Origin: Candidatus Wolfebacteria bacterium GW2011_GWB1_47_1
Lineage (GTDB): Bacteria; Patescibacteriota; Minisyncoccia; UBA6257; UBA9933
Assembly (NCBI GenBank): GCA_001029635.1
Contig: CP011209.1
Span: 222,866 to 286,865 of the forward strand
Direction of reading: 5' to 3'
DNA length: 64,000 nucleotides
In this document: in pieces, positions 30,117-39,724 of the stretch
How the letters are laid out: each line of letters starts with the position of its first letter
How positions within the stretch are numbered: the stretch's first letter is position 1
Notes under the pieces: generated by a model
Told to the model about the DNA's origin: nothing
The model's input: only the letters and a program-made list of their open reading frames with translations
Databases searched by the model: none
Made by a program: the position numbers and the translations under genes

Positions 30117-30848
30117 CTAAACACTCCGTCGTATGAATTTGATCAGGGTCCGTTGCAACTCGGCAATCTCCGGGTTCTCAATAATCACGCCCACGAGATT
30201 CGCGTACGAGATCATGGACACCTTATCCCCAGCGACCATCAGGTCAACCGGGACATCGAACTGTTCGGGAAGTGTCTTTGCCTTTCCTATTTTTTTATAC
30301 AGCGCATTTGACGCATATTTTTTGGCGGCAGCATTGTGTTCGATCAAATCTTTTATTTCTCCGCCGTGTTCATAGAGATTGGTTATGAATATATCGGAGT
30401 CTTTCTCGGAGAAGAGTGTCAAAAATTTCTCAGTGGAAAATATGCTGTACATGACTTGCGATGTACTGGTCATCTCAAGATAAATAGTGCGCAGCCCCTC
30501 GATCCCTTCATAGTAACGCATCCGAGGGCGGTGTGTGGAGGATGCGTAGATCTTTTGCAGATCAGGCATGATCGTCGCGAGCCGCTTGTGCTTGCGCTCC
30601 AATATTTTGGCAAGTTTGGCTGGGTCCTCGGCGACATAGAAGACCTGGCGCCCCTTCGCCGTCTTATGGAAAAGATTTTCTTTGGTCAGCCTATCCGCAT
30701 GTTCATAGATAGTAGTGCGCTTCACCTTTGACTCGCGGGCTATTTCGGAGATGGTGGCCTTGCCAAGACGCAAAACCGCTAAGTAAATAGCAACTTCCTT
30801 TGGCTCAAGTCCGAATTCTTTAAGGATAGAGGAGATTGGGGATTCCAT
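30117..30848 (-). CDS. TrmB-family regulator (4 of 5), close paralog of number 3
   Basis: Same length (243 aa); shared C-terminus IIENPEIAELQR..IKF.RRSV. Confidence 0.88.
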   Translation of the reverse strand: MESPISSILKEFGLEPKEVAIYLAVLRLGKATISEIARESKVKRTTIYEHADRLTKENLFHKTAKGRQVFYVAEDPAKLAKILERKHKRLATIMPDLQKIYASSTHRPRMRYYEGIEGLRTIYLEMTSTSQVMYSIFSTEKFLTLFSEKDSDIFITNLYEHGGEIKDLIEHNAAAKKYASNALYKKIGKAKTLPEQFDVPVDLMVAGDKVSMISYANLVGVIIENPEIAELQRTLIKFIRRSV

Positions 30849-31035
30849 AGAAGAACTATACCACGAAGAACAAACGTGTCAAATTTTTCGTCAACACATT
30901 TTAAAAAAGAATGTTAATAAGATGAATTATTGGGCATTTTTTGAGGAAGTAGGACAATTTTTTTGACACAATTTGCGGAAAACATATAATGACACAAAAG
31001 TAAAAAGTCGTCAAAAATTAACAAATAAAGGAAAA

Positions 31036-32112
31036 ATGAACAGCATAACAAAAGGAATAGTAGGGGTGATAGTGATAGGCGCGTTGGCCGCAGCAATCGG
31101 TGCGATCGCACAGAAGCAGTCGACGGGTGATAAAAATAGCGGGCAGATAAAGGTTGGAGCAATATTGCCACTCAGTGGAGATCTGGCCGCACTGGGAGAG
31201 GAGGTAAAGCGCGGTATTGAATTGGCTGCTGAAGATGCAAAGATGGAAGGTGCGAATGTGGCTGTCATCTACGAAGATGATCGATATACCCCGGCAATGG
31301 ATGTATCAGCGGCAAATAAGCTGATCAATGTCGACAAGGTCGATGCGGCGATGACGATGTTTGTTGAAGAGGCGAAGCCGATGGCGCCGGTATTCAATAC
31401 GAGTAAGACGCCGCTCGTGGCATTATGGGACAGTAACGAATTTATCAAGAGTAACGAATATCTGTTCAGTAACGGATTTTCTACAGAACGGGCGGGAGAG
31501 GCGATGGCTGAATATGCCTACGACAAATTGGGCATGCGAACAGCTGCGATCATTGGGCATATCGATCCATGGGCAGAAATAATTTCAGACGCATTCAACA
31601 AAAAGTTCGAGGCGCTGGGCGGGAAGGTGGTATACAATGAGCGATTCAATGTGGATGTGACGGATTACAAAACGGCCATAGCGAAAATAAAACAAGCGAA
31701 CCTAGACGGCGTATATTTCCCGCTGATGCCGATGAACAATGCAAAGTTTCTGATGCAGGCAAAGCAATTGGGACTGCATAAAACACTCCTTACCGGCGAT
31801 ACGCTGATCCAAGATGTGATAATTGAAACGGGAATTGCCGCAGATGGCGTATACGCTACAAACATCTATTCTACCGAAACGACTACCTTAGTTGAAAAAT
31901 ATAAGGCGAAATATGGACAAGAACCGATGGATGTAACGTTGGTATCGTTCGGATACGAAGGGCTGATGAAGATCAAAGATGCCGCGAAGGCACAAGGGAA
32001 TACGACAGAAGGAATGGTAAAGGGATTAACATCGATATTCGGCGAGGATAAATCGGCCGATAGGATCGAAAAGATCTATCGGGTCGTTGAGGGCAAGAAA
32101 ATAGAAATGTAA
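31036..32112 (+). CDS. LivJ/LivK-type binding protein (4 of 5)
   Basis: IKVGAILPLSGDLA..G, YEDD, DYKT. Confidence 0.9.
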   Translation: MNSITKGIVGVIVIGALAAAIGAIAQKQSTGDKNSGQIKVGAILPLSGDLAALGEEVKRGIELAAEDAKMEGANVAVIYEDDRYTPAMDVSAANKLINVDKVDAAMTMFVEEAKPMAPVFNTSKTPLVALWDSNEFIKSNEYLFSNGFSTERAGEAMAEYAYDKLGMRTAAIIGHIDPWAEIISDAFNKKFEALGGKVVYNERFNVDVTDYKTAIAKIKQANLDGVYFPLMPMNNAKFLMQAKQLGLHKTLLTGDTLIQDVIIETGIAADGVYATNIYSTETTTLVEKYKAKYGQEPMDVTLVSFGYEGLMKIKDAAKAQGNTTEGMVKGLTSIFGEDKSADRIEKIYRVVEGKKIEM

Positions 32113-32231
32113 TGTGAAACAGCGCGCCCAAGGCCCGCTGTTTTTGTTCCGTAAGTGTTGATTGTTTGAGTGTAGGGGGATAAACTATAGGAAATAAGTA
32201 GTATAAATTAACTCACTACATAATAAAACAT

Positions 32232-32600
32232 ATGGGGATTGAAGAAATGTGGCCACAGCCAGGAGCGGCGGAAGAAAACATACCAAAGGGGTACGAGGGT
32301 AAGCCTAACGCAGAAGCGCTCCTTTATAAGCGAGGAGAATATATCAACAAGGCGGCGAAAGAGGCGATAAAGATGGAAAAGGGAGAGCTCGAAGCTGCAT
32401 TAGAAGGAGATGAGACAGCGATGAGAAATTTAATAACAGTTACCAGTTCCATACTCCAGGGAGAGCACTATGGGAGTGATAGAAGTCTCACGGAAGAAGA
32501 GGGTAAAGAATTTGAAGAAGAATTTCCAAACGATGTAATTAAAGGGTATGTAGAGGGAGCGTTGGAAGTGTATAAGAGGGAGCAGGAGCTAAAAAAATAA
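32232..32600 (+). CDS. Acidic hypothetical protein
   Basis: 122-aa ORF with upstream promoter-like sequence and downstream terminator. Confidence 0.65.
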   Translation: MGIEEMWPQPGAAEENIPKGYEGKPNAEALLYKRGEYINKAAKEAIKMEKGELEAALEGDETAMRNLITVTSSILQGEHYGSDRSLTEEEGKEFEEEFPNDVIKGYVEGALEVYKREQELKK

Positions 32601-32645
32601 GTTAAAAAATCCGCCATGTAAAATGGCGGATTTTTTTGTAAGCGT

Positions 32646-33386
32646 TTACTTGAGAACATTCCACATTGTCTCAAATATTGCCTTGAGTCCATCGTAAATT
32701 TTTTTACTTTCAATAATAAGGCCGAGATCTTCTTTATAGGAGATGATTCCCAGCTTGTTGTCGCCGTAGATCTTTATTTCAATATCAAAGACTTTGAAGG
32801 CGGGATCGGAAACAAACTTGGTGTTTGTAATAGCGTTTTCGCGAAGGTATGCGGCGAACTCCTTATTGGCTGGCGTGTCGGGGATGATGGCGCGAGACCA
32901 GATCTTTCGTTTAACTCGTTCGGGCAAATAATAGTCCTGGAAGTAATCCTCTCCGAGGTTGATATAGGGATAGGGGAAGAGCGTGAGTATTTCTTGGTCC
33001 GGATAGCGAAGTGTATCTTCAAACACTTCCTTTACTCCGGCAATGCCGTCGTAGTATTTGATCTTAGGCTTTTTATCCAGGAGGTTCATCAGAGAGAGCA
33101 GCTCGGGCATGGCTTCTTCGACGGCCTGCCGTTTTGCTTCGAGCGATTCGGGGATTTTTTCGGGGCTTTCGGCATAGAAGATCGTGCGCTTCTTGAGCCT
33201 CCCTTGACTGACGAGGCCGCGTCGCTTGAGAAGCTCGAGCGTTTCATAGACGGTAGACCGCTTGATAGTAGCCTTTTTAACGATCTGGGCGATATTTGCC
33301 TCTCCTAATTCCAAAAGGGCAAGATAGATACCAGCCTCCTTTTTGGAGAGTCCTGCAGTTTGGAGTTTTTGTGATATCGTGGACAT
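32646..33386 (-). CDS. TrmB-family regulator (5 of 5)
   Basis: AGLSKKEA.IYLALLELG..IKRSTVY; IKIYG. Confidence 0.88.
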   Translation of the reverse strand: MSTISQKLQTAGLSKKEAGIYLALLELGEANIAQIVKKATIKRSTVYETLELLKRRGLVSQGRLKKRTIFYAESPEKIPESLEAKRQAVEEAMPELLSLMNLLDKKPKIKYYDGIAGVKEVFEDTLRYPDQEILTLFPYPYINLGEDYFQDYYLPERVKRKIWSRAIIPDTPANKEFAAYLRENAITNTKFVSDPAFKVFDIEIKIYGDNKLGIISYKEDLGLIIESKKIYDGLKAIFETMWNVLK

Positions 33387-33412
33387 GGTATGTATATTAG
33401 CTAGCAACTCGC

Positions 33413-33464
33413 TGTCATTCCCGCCGGAGTTTATCCTGAGCTTGTCGAATGGGCGGGAATGACA
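33413..33464. repeat. REP-like GTCATTCCCGC...GCGGGAATGAC palindromic element
   Basis: Same ends as the elements at 46036 and 57444. Confidence 0.8.
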
Positions 33465-33704
33465 TAAAAAGGAGTATAGGTAATAAATGACGCTAATTCC
33501 GTCACTATTTTAAGTGTAGTGGAATATACAAAAATGTCAATGTTTAAGCGATGTATTTAGAATATATTGCAAAAGAAGCTATACAGGATAATTGTGTAGT
33601 TGACCATTTGACAACATTTGATTATGATGTTGTTATCATGTAGAAAACATAAAAACCTAAACGACTGTGCGGAATATTCATTAAATACATACAACATTAC
33701 ATAT

Positions 33705-34853
33705 ATGGATAATAAGAAAAACATCATTATTGCAGGTATCGTGGTTCTCGTGCTGTTGGTTGGAGGATATATGCTCAAAGGGAGCAATGCTACGCAGATA
33801 GATGAGCCGTACATGCTCGGATACATCGGACCGTTGACGGGTGACGTGGCTATATTAGGAGACGAAGCGGTTAAGTCGATCCAGATCGCAGTGGACGCAG
33901 CAAATGCAAAAGGAGGAATCAATGGGCACCAGGTCAAGCTCGTTATCGAGGATGACCAGTATGATACGGCAAAGTCGATCAGTGCCTATGAGAAGATGGT
34001 AAACGGTGATGGCGTCGACACGATCATTATGTCGACCTATGGCGGTGTGATGGCGCTGGCAGAACGGGCAAAGAAGGATAATGTGATGATCATAGACGCA
34101 TTGGATTGCGATCAGGCGATCGCGAATCTTCCGGAGAATATCTTCTGCGTAGCAAAGGAGACCAACGACCTGGCAGATATCATTGCAGATTACGCTAAGG
34201 AGAAGGGGTATAAGAATATCGGAGTTCTGCATAGTACGGTAGATAACTTCATGCAGTCCGTTTCTGATAAGTTTGTGGTCCGGGTGGGCGATAGTGCTGC
34301 GGTGCAGGTGGAGAGCTATAAGTCGGGAACGACCGACTTCAAGACCTCACTCCTAAAATTAAAGGATAAGGATGCAATTGTATTTCTCGGATATGACGAG
34401 ATTGGCATTGCGATCAAAGAAGCGAAGAACTTAAATGTGGGAAAGAACTATCTGACCATTCCGACCGTTGCAACGACCCCTTCCATCCAGAAGGCAGCAG
34501 GCACAGCGATCGAGGGCATTCACTTCTCATTCTATGCACCGTTGACCGAAAACAAGGTAGCGACGAAGTTTCATGCTGACTTCAAGGCAAAGTATGACCG
34601 TACACCGTTTGTATTTGTTGCAAGCGATCAGGCATATGATGCGGCAAGTATTGTGATAAGCGAAGTATTGCCAAAGGTCACGGCAAATACGAAAGAGAAG
34701 CAACTTGATCAAAAGGTCGATGCGATGCAGCGTGTCAAAAACTTCAAGGGCGTGACGGGAACGCTCACGATGCAGGAGGATGGTCGGATCAACGGGATCT
34801 TGGTGCGGTTGTTTAAATTGGACAATATGATACCGACATTTGTTGGAAAATAA
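33705..34853 (+). CDS. LivJ/LivK-type binding protein (5 of 5)
   Basis: GYIGPLTG, NAKGGING, IEDD, DFKT, AYDA. Confidence 0.9.
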   Translation: MDNKKNIIIAGIVVLVLLVGGYMLKGSNATQIDEPYMLGYIGPLTGDVAILGDEAVKSIQIAVDAANAKGGINGHQVKLVIEDDQYDTAKSISAYEKMVNGDGVDTIIMSTYGGVMALAERAKKDNVMIIDALDCDQAIANLPENIFCVAKETNDLADIIADYAKEKGYKNIGVLHSTVDNFMQSVSDKFVVRVGDSAAVQVESYKSGTTDFKTSLLKLKDKDAIVFLGYDEIGIAIKEAKNLNVGKNYLTIPTVATTPSIQKAAGTAIEGIHFSFYAPLTENKVATKFHADFKAKYDRTPFVFVASDQAYDAASIVISEVLPKVTANTKEKQLDQKVDAMQRVKNFKGVTGTLTMQEDGRINGILVRLFKLDNMIPTFVGK

Positions 34854-35108
34854 CCAAGCCGAATCAAAACCGTCATGCATACAAAAACAGCGCGCCTTGG
34901 GCGCGCTGTTTTTGTATGATAAAATAAGGCATTCATGCAAAAGAATTTTGCAAACAAAAAAATCGCAACAGCGATTTTTTGTTACCCTTACTTACGCAAA
35001 GGGAGAGCCGAAGCCATTTCATAAAGAGTAGTAAACCCCTTCAGTTTATAAAGAGAATTAAATTTGGTAAGATTGAGAAAGAACAAGGGTTACGGGTTGA
35101 TTCGTATC

Positions 35109-35519
35109 ATGAGCATGAAAATCACAAAAGAACTCGTTGAAGTATTTGCACATTGGACCAAAGCAAAAATACATATTCATGCTTCGGATATACGAAATTT
35201 TCCTCGGGAAAGACAAATTTGGTGGGCAAGCTTGGGACAAAATATTGGGGTCGAAATAAATGGTAAAAATGAAATATTTGAGCGCCCCGTTCTAGTTATT
35301 AAGAGATATAATGATCAGTTTTCGCTGATAGTGCCAATATCAAGTAAAATCAAGGAGGGTAAGTATTATTTTCAATTTACCAATTATCGGGGAGAGCGAA
35401 ATGCGATAATTTTATCGCAAATACGGGCTATTAGTAATAAGCGATTTATTAGAAAGATAGGGAAATTAAATAGCGCTGACTATGAAGATGTAAAAGTGAA
35501 AGTAAAGGAGCTTATATAA
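35109..35519 (+). CDS. PemK/MazF-family toxin, orphan
   Basis: IWWASLGQNIGVE..GK..F.RPVLVI, VPIS, SQIRAIS.KR. Confidence 0.85.
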   Translation: MSMKITKELVEVFAHWTKAKIHIHASDIRNFPRERQIWWASLGQNIGVEINGKNEIFERPVLVIKRYNDQFSLIVPISSKIKEGKYYFQFTNYRGERNAIILSQIRAISNKRFIRKIGKLNSADYEDVKVKVKELI

Positions 35520-35576
35520 AACGAAACCCCTTCTTTCGAAGGGGTTTCTCGGAACTCCATTGCTGGAGCATAATGT
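35517..35576 (-). ncRNA. Candidate ~60-nt sRNA convergent with mazF
   Basis: Minus-strand TTGACA(35610)-N16-TATACT(35588); two hairpins followed by a T run. Confidence 0.45.
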
Positions 35577-35615
35577 ATTACTAGTATAGATAATTACCAG
35601 CTATTGTCAATAGAT

Positions 35616-36338
35616 ATGCAAAGCGAACCGCTGCTACAATTAAAGAACATATCCGTTCATTACGGCGGCGTGCATGCGCTCGACGGTGTGAATATGGATG
35701 TTCACGAAGGTGAATTCATAGCGCTCATGGGTCCCAATGGAGCGGGAAAGTCGACAGTTTTGAAGGCGATCTTTGGAATCGCGCCACTACACGACGGGCA
35801 TATTATATGGAGAGGCGAGAAGGTAATTCCGGCACCGCATAAGATGGCGCGTAAGGGGATCGCATTTGTGCCGCAGGGGCGGCGCGTATTCCAAAGTCTG
35901 ACCGTCGAAGAGAATCTCGAAATTGGCGGAATTATTGTACAGGACAAGGAAGAGCGACATGCAAGAAAGCATGAAGTCATGGAATTTTTCCCGGTGTTGA
36001 AGAAAAAACGAAACATGAAGTCGGGGGCACTTTCAGGCGGAGAACAGCAAATGGTTGCACTTGCGCGAGGATTGATGATCGATCCCAAGGTGCTATTGCT
36101 CGATGAACCATCACTCGGACTCGCGCCAAAGATCGTGAAGGAAATGTTTGAAAAGATCCGCGAGATCAACGAGGTAAAACACACTGCAATCGTGGTGGTG
36201 GAACATAACATCAAATCTATTTTAGAGATAGTGCATACGGCATGCGTGCTCGATAAAGGAAAAATTGCAATGGGGGGTGAAGCGAATGCAGTAGCCGAAA
36301 GCGATATATTGGAAAAAGTTTTTTTGGGGAAGGCGTGA
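35616..36338 (+). CDS. livF: ABC ATPase LivF
   Basis: GPNGAGKST, VPQGRRVF, LSGGEQQM, LDEPSLGLAP. Confidence 0.93.
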   Translation: MQSEPLLQLKNISVHYGGVHALDGVNMDVHEGEFIALMGPNGAGKSTVLKAIFGIAPLHDGHIIWRGEKVIPAPHKMARKGIAFVPQGRRVFQSLTVEENLEIGGIIVQDKEERHARKHEVMEFFPVLKKKRNMKSGALSGGEQQMVALARGLMIDPKVLLLDEPSLGLAPKIVKEMFEKIREINEVKHTAIVVVEHNIKSILEIVHTACVLDKGKIAMGGEANAVAESDILEKVFLGKA

Positions 36339-36501
36339 CAGGGAATATGAAAAACGAAATATGGGAAAAGGGGGAGGATATGGGTGCGGAGTGATCAGTT
36401 CTACTAATTGAACTAAGTGGAAAGTGTATTGCATTTAGAGTAAATAAGTGGTTTTCTGAGAGTAGAAATTTGATACGAATCCGTAGCAAAAGGAGGATCA
36501 T

Positions 36502-36756
36502 ATGGAACTCGTCGGGTATACAGAAGAAGAAGAGCGACAGATCATGGAGATCAACAAGATTCGTGATCCGGAGGCGCTGGCGAAGGCGAAGGAGGATTTC
36601 GAAGCCAGAACAGGGAAGGAATTTCCGTGCATTGTGCTCGCGCTCAACATCGACACCATGTTTGCGGAGTCGCGAGTATCGCGCGGCGAGTTCGAAAAGT
36701 GGGTCGCCGACGGATTCCCCGGGGGATATAGATCTGGGGCGAGAAGGTTCTTCTAG
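36502..36756 (+). CDS. Orphan small protein
   Basis: AGGAGG SD and own terminator (about 36764-36792). Confidence 0.7.
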   Translation: MELVGYTEEEERQIMEINKIRDPEALAKAKEDFEARTGKEFPCIVLALNIDTMFAESRVSRGEFEKWVADGFPGGYRSGARRFF

Positions 36757-36943
36757 TTAGTACAAGCCGCGGAGAAATCGCGGCTTTTTTTTGTCTCAAA
36801 TCCTGTTGCATAGTAGGTGCATGTTCCAGCTACTTTGCCGCGAATGAAACCACAAAAGATAAGGCAATATAGTGGATACATTGACAGGGAGGAAGGGAAG
36901 AGGTACAAAGACCATAGTAAATAAAAAGGAGAAAGGAGGGGGA

Positions 36944-37306
36944 ATGTGGAAAGCGATGGTGTGTATTATGGCATTGACCATAATGCTGTGCGGAGGAGCT
37001 GGCGAGGCGCAAGCTGGGAAAAGGGTAAGGTGTGTTGCTCCGAATGAACCCTTCCTACTCAAGGCGGCGGCGCAGCTCGAGAAAGAAACGATCAGAAAGT
37101 ATCCCCAAAGCAGGAAGCTGGAAGGCTGGAAATTCGATAAAGAAACCGGGGAGTACTGGGCTTCATTCGCCTCATTCGAAAAGGGTGAAATGCAATCATG
37201 GTCGATCGTGATCGTGTATGCACAACCTACCGGCGAAGTGCAAGAGATCACTGAGGGGGAGGACGAAGTCTACTCGGTAGGGTGTTGGTCGGAAAAGAAA
37301 AAGTAG
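36944..37306 (+). CDS. Orphan secreted protein
   Basis: Signal peptide ending AQA; AGGAGG SD; TTGACA at 36881; terminator. Confidence 0.7.
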   Translation: MWKAMVCIMALTIMLCGGAGEAQAGKRVRCVAPNEPFLLKAAAQLEKETIRKYPQSRKLEGWKFDKETGEYWASFASFEKGEMQSWSIVIVYAQPTGEVQEITEGEDEVYSVGCWSEKKK

Positions 37307-37390
37307 GGCAGCGAGGCCCCGGACTACCCCGGGGTCTTTTTTGTGTAAATTCTTCCATTTTGTATTTTTCACTGCTATGATTAAAAAACT

Positions 37391-38788
37391 ATGAGAACAC
37401 TAATTAGAGAAATAATCGCCAAGGAGGGCGAATCCGTGGTTCTCGAGGGATGGGTGAGGAACCGTCGCGATCACGGAAAGCTCATCTTTATCGACCTCAA
37501 AGACCGAAGTGGTCTTGTGCAGGTCGTGTTTTTGCCAAAGCCAGAGGAGGTCCACGCTTCTGCGACCGAATTGCGGAGCGAGTGGGTTGTCCGATTGACG
37601 GGCAAGGTTAACAAGCGCCCGGACAATATGGTCAATGCCGACCAGGAATTTGGCGCGTACGAAATACTCGCCGAAGGGTTGGAGGTGTTGAACAAGGCAG
37701 AAGAGTTGCCGATCCCGATCGACACCGATGGTCGCGAGATCAGCGAGGAGGCGCGCATGAAGTACCGCGCATTCGACTTGCGTCGCGAGCGAATGGAGAA
37801 CAACATGAAGATGCGCGCCAAGGTGATCCACGCATTTAGGAAGTACTTGGTAGATCGAGACTTTATCGAAGTGGAAACACCGATCTTGGGCAAGGCAACG
37901 CCAGAGGGTTCGCGCGATTATCTGGTCCCATCTCGTATTTATCCAGGCAAGTGCTACGCACTGCCGCAATCACCGCAGCAGTATAAGCAGCTGTTGATGG
38001 TGGCTGGATTGGAGCGCTACTTCCAGATCGCTCGCTGCTTCCGCGATGAGGATACACGCGGAGACAGACAGCCGGAATTCACGCAGCTCGATATGGAAAT
38101 GAGCTTTGTGAAGCGAGAGGATGTGATGGATGTTGTTGAGGGTATGCTGATCGAACTTGTCGAAACGCTCTATCCGAACAAGCGCATCCAGCAGAAGCCG
38201 TTCCCACGCATTACCTACAAGGAATCGATGGAAAAGTACGGCAATGACCGGCCGGATATCCGAGAGGATAAGAACGATCCAGGCCTGCTCGCATTTTGCT
38301 GGGTCATCGACTTCCCATTCTTTGAGAAGGATGAGGAAACGGGCGGATGGACGTTCACGCATAATCCATTCTCTGCTCCGCAACCTGAGTTCATGGAATC
38401 ATTAATGAATAAGGAAAACATTGGAGATATTCTGACCACACAGTATGACATAGTGCTCAACGGCTACGAGATCGGTGGGGGTAGTATCCGAAATCATCGC
38501 CCCGAAGCATTGCGCAAGGTATTGGAAATTATGGGCTTCTCCGATGAGAAGATTCAATCCGATTACGGCCACATGCTCGAGGCATTCAAATTAGGAGCTC
38601 CTCCACACGGAGGAATCGCCCCGGGTGTCGATCGCATCGTCATGCTGTTGCAGGGCGAGCCGAACATCCGCGAAGTGATCGCATTCCCGAAGACGGGAGA
38701 TGGTCGCGATCTAATGATGGATGCGCCGTCCGAGTTCACGGAAAAGCAATTGACCGAATTACAAATCAAAGTTAATAAAACGAAATAG
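37391..38788 (+). CDS. aspS: Aspartyl-tRNA synthetase (compact, GAD domain absent)
   Basis: RRDHG.LIFIDL.D, LPQSPQ.YKQ, RDED, GAPPHGG. Confidence 0.95.
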   Translation: MRTLIREIIAKEGESVVLEGWVRNRRDHGKLIFIDLKDRSGLVQVVFLPKPEEVHASATELRSEWVVRLTGKVNKRPDNMVNADQEFGAYEILAEGLEVLNKAEELPIPIDTDGREISEEARMKYRAFDLRRERMENNMKMRAKVIHAFRKYLVDRDFIEVETPILGKATPEGSRDYLVPSRIYPGKCYALPQSPQQYKQLLMVAGLERYFQIARCFRDEDTRGDRQPEFTQLDMEMSFVKREDVMDVVEGMLIELVETLYPNKRIQQKPFPRITYKESMEKYGNDRPDIREDKNDPGLLAFCWVIDFPFFEKDEETGGWTFTHNPFSAPQPEFMESLMNKENIGDILTTQYDIVLNGYEIGGGSIRNHRPEALRKVLEIMGFSDEKIQSDYGHMLEAFKLGAPPHGGIAPGVDRIVMLLQGEPNIREVIAFPKTGDGRDLMMDAPSEFTEKQLTELQIKVNKTK

Positions 38789-38875
38789 GAAATAGGGAAT
38801 AGGAAAGACGGAGAATGCAAAGAAAAAAGCAGCACTCCATTTTTCCTTTTCCATACTCCATTTTCCACATTTGAA

Positions 38876-39472
38876 ATGATTAAAGAACGAACATTAGTTG
38901 TGGTAAAGCCGGACGGCGTGCAACGATCGCTCATCGGAGAGATCACGGGGCGCTTTGAGCGGGTGGGGCTCAAGCTCGTCGGCGTGAAGATGATAGTACC
39001 AACCAAGGAATTTATCGAGACGCATTACACGATCGATCCGGAATGGCGACGTATCACCGGCGAAAAGACGATCAAGAGCTATAAGGAAAAGGGGCAGACT
39101 CCCCCCTCTGAGGATCCGCTTGAGATCACCGGGATCATCCTTAACCACCTCAAGAACTATATGATCACGGGGCCGGTAGTTGCTATGGTATGGGAAGGAG
39201 TACATGCGGTAAAGATCGTGCGTAAGCTGGTCGGTTCGACCGAGCCGCTTTCTTCCGACGTAGGAACGATTCGCGGTGATTATGTTATTGATTCGTATCA
39301 GTTGTCCGATAAGGATGGTCGCGCGGTGCGCAACCTGATTCATGCGTCAGGAACTGTGGATGAGGCGAACAAGGAGATCGACCTTTGGTTCAAGAAGGAG
39401 GAACTGATCGACTATAAGTTGGTCCAGGATAAGATCCTGTATGATGTGAATTTGGATGGAATGTTGGAATAA
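38876..39472 (+). CDS. ndk: Nucleoside diphosphate kinase
   Basis: ERTLVVVKPDGVQR, GTIRGD, NLIHAS. Confidence 0.95.
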   Translation: MIKERTLVVVKPDGVQRSLIGEITGRFERVGLKLVGVKMIVPTKEFIETHYTIDPEWRRITGEKTIKSYKEKGQTPPSEDPLEITGIILNHLKNYMITGPVVAMVWEGVHAVKIVRKLVGSTEPLSSDVGTIRGDYVIDSYQLSDKDGRAVRNLIHASGTVDEANKEIDLWFKKEELIDYKLVQDKILYDVNLDGMLE

Positions 39473-39539
39473 TATAATGGAAACACACCACCACCTCGGG
39501 GGTGTTTTCTTTTTGCAAGAAGTTGGTATACTGAAAGCA

Positions 39540-39662
39540 GGATATCGGCAATGATTCTCGGATTAATTTGTTGATTTGGGAGGTCAATAGCGCACTACCC
39601 CTTGGGGCGGTGCTGAGTCCACCCACCTGGCTTTACGTCGGGATATCACAAAGCCGATATTC
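39540..39662 (+). ncRNA. Candidate short 6S-like RNA
   Basis: Rod fold with a central bubble; extended -10 TGGTATACT just upstream; hairpin downstream. Confidence 0.55.
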
Positions 39663-39724
39663 TACTTGCAAGGCCCCGTAAGGGGCTTTACAAGTGGAAA
39701 ATTCTAGGGTAATATACGAAAACT

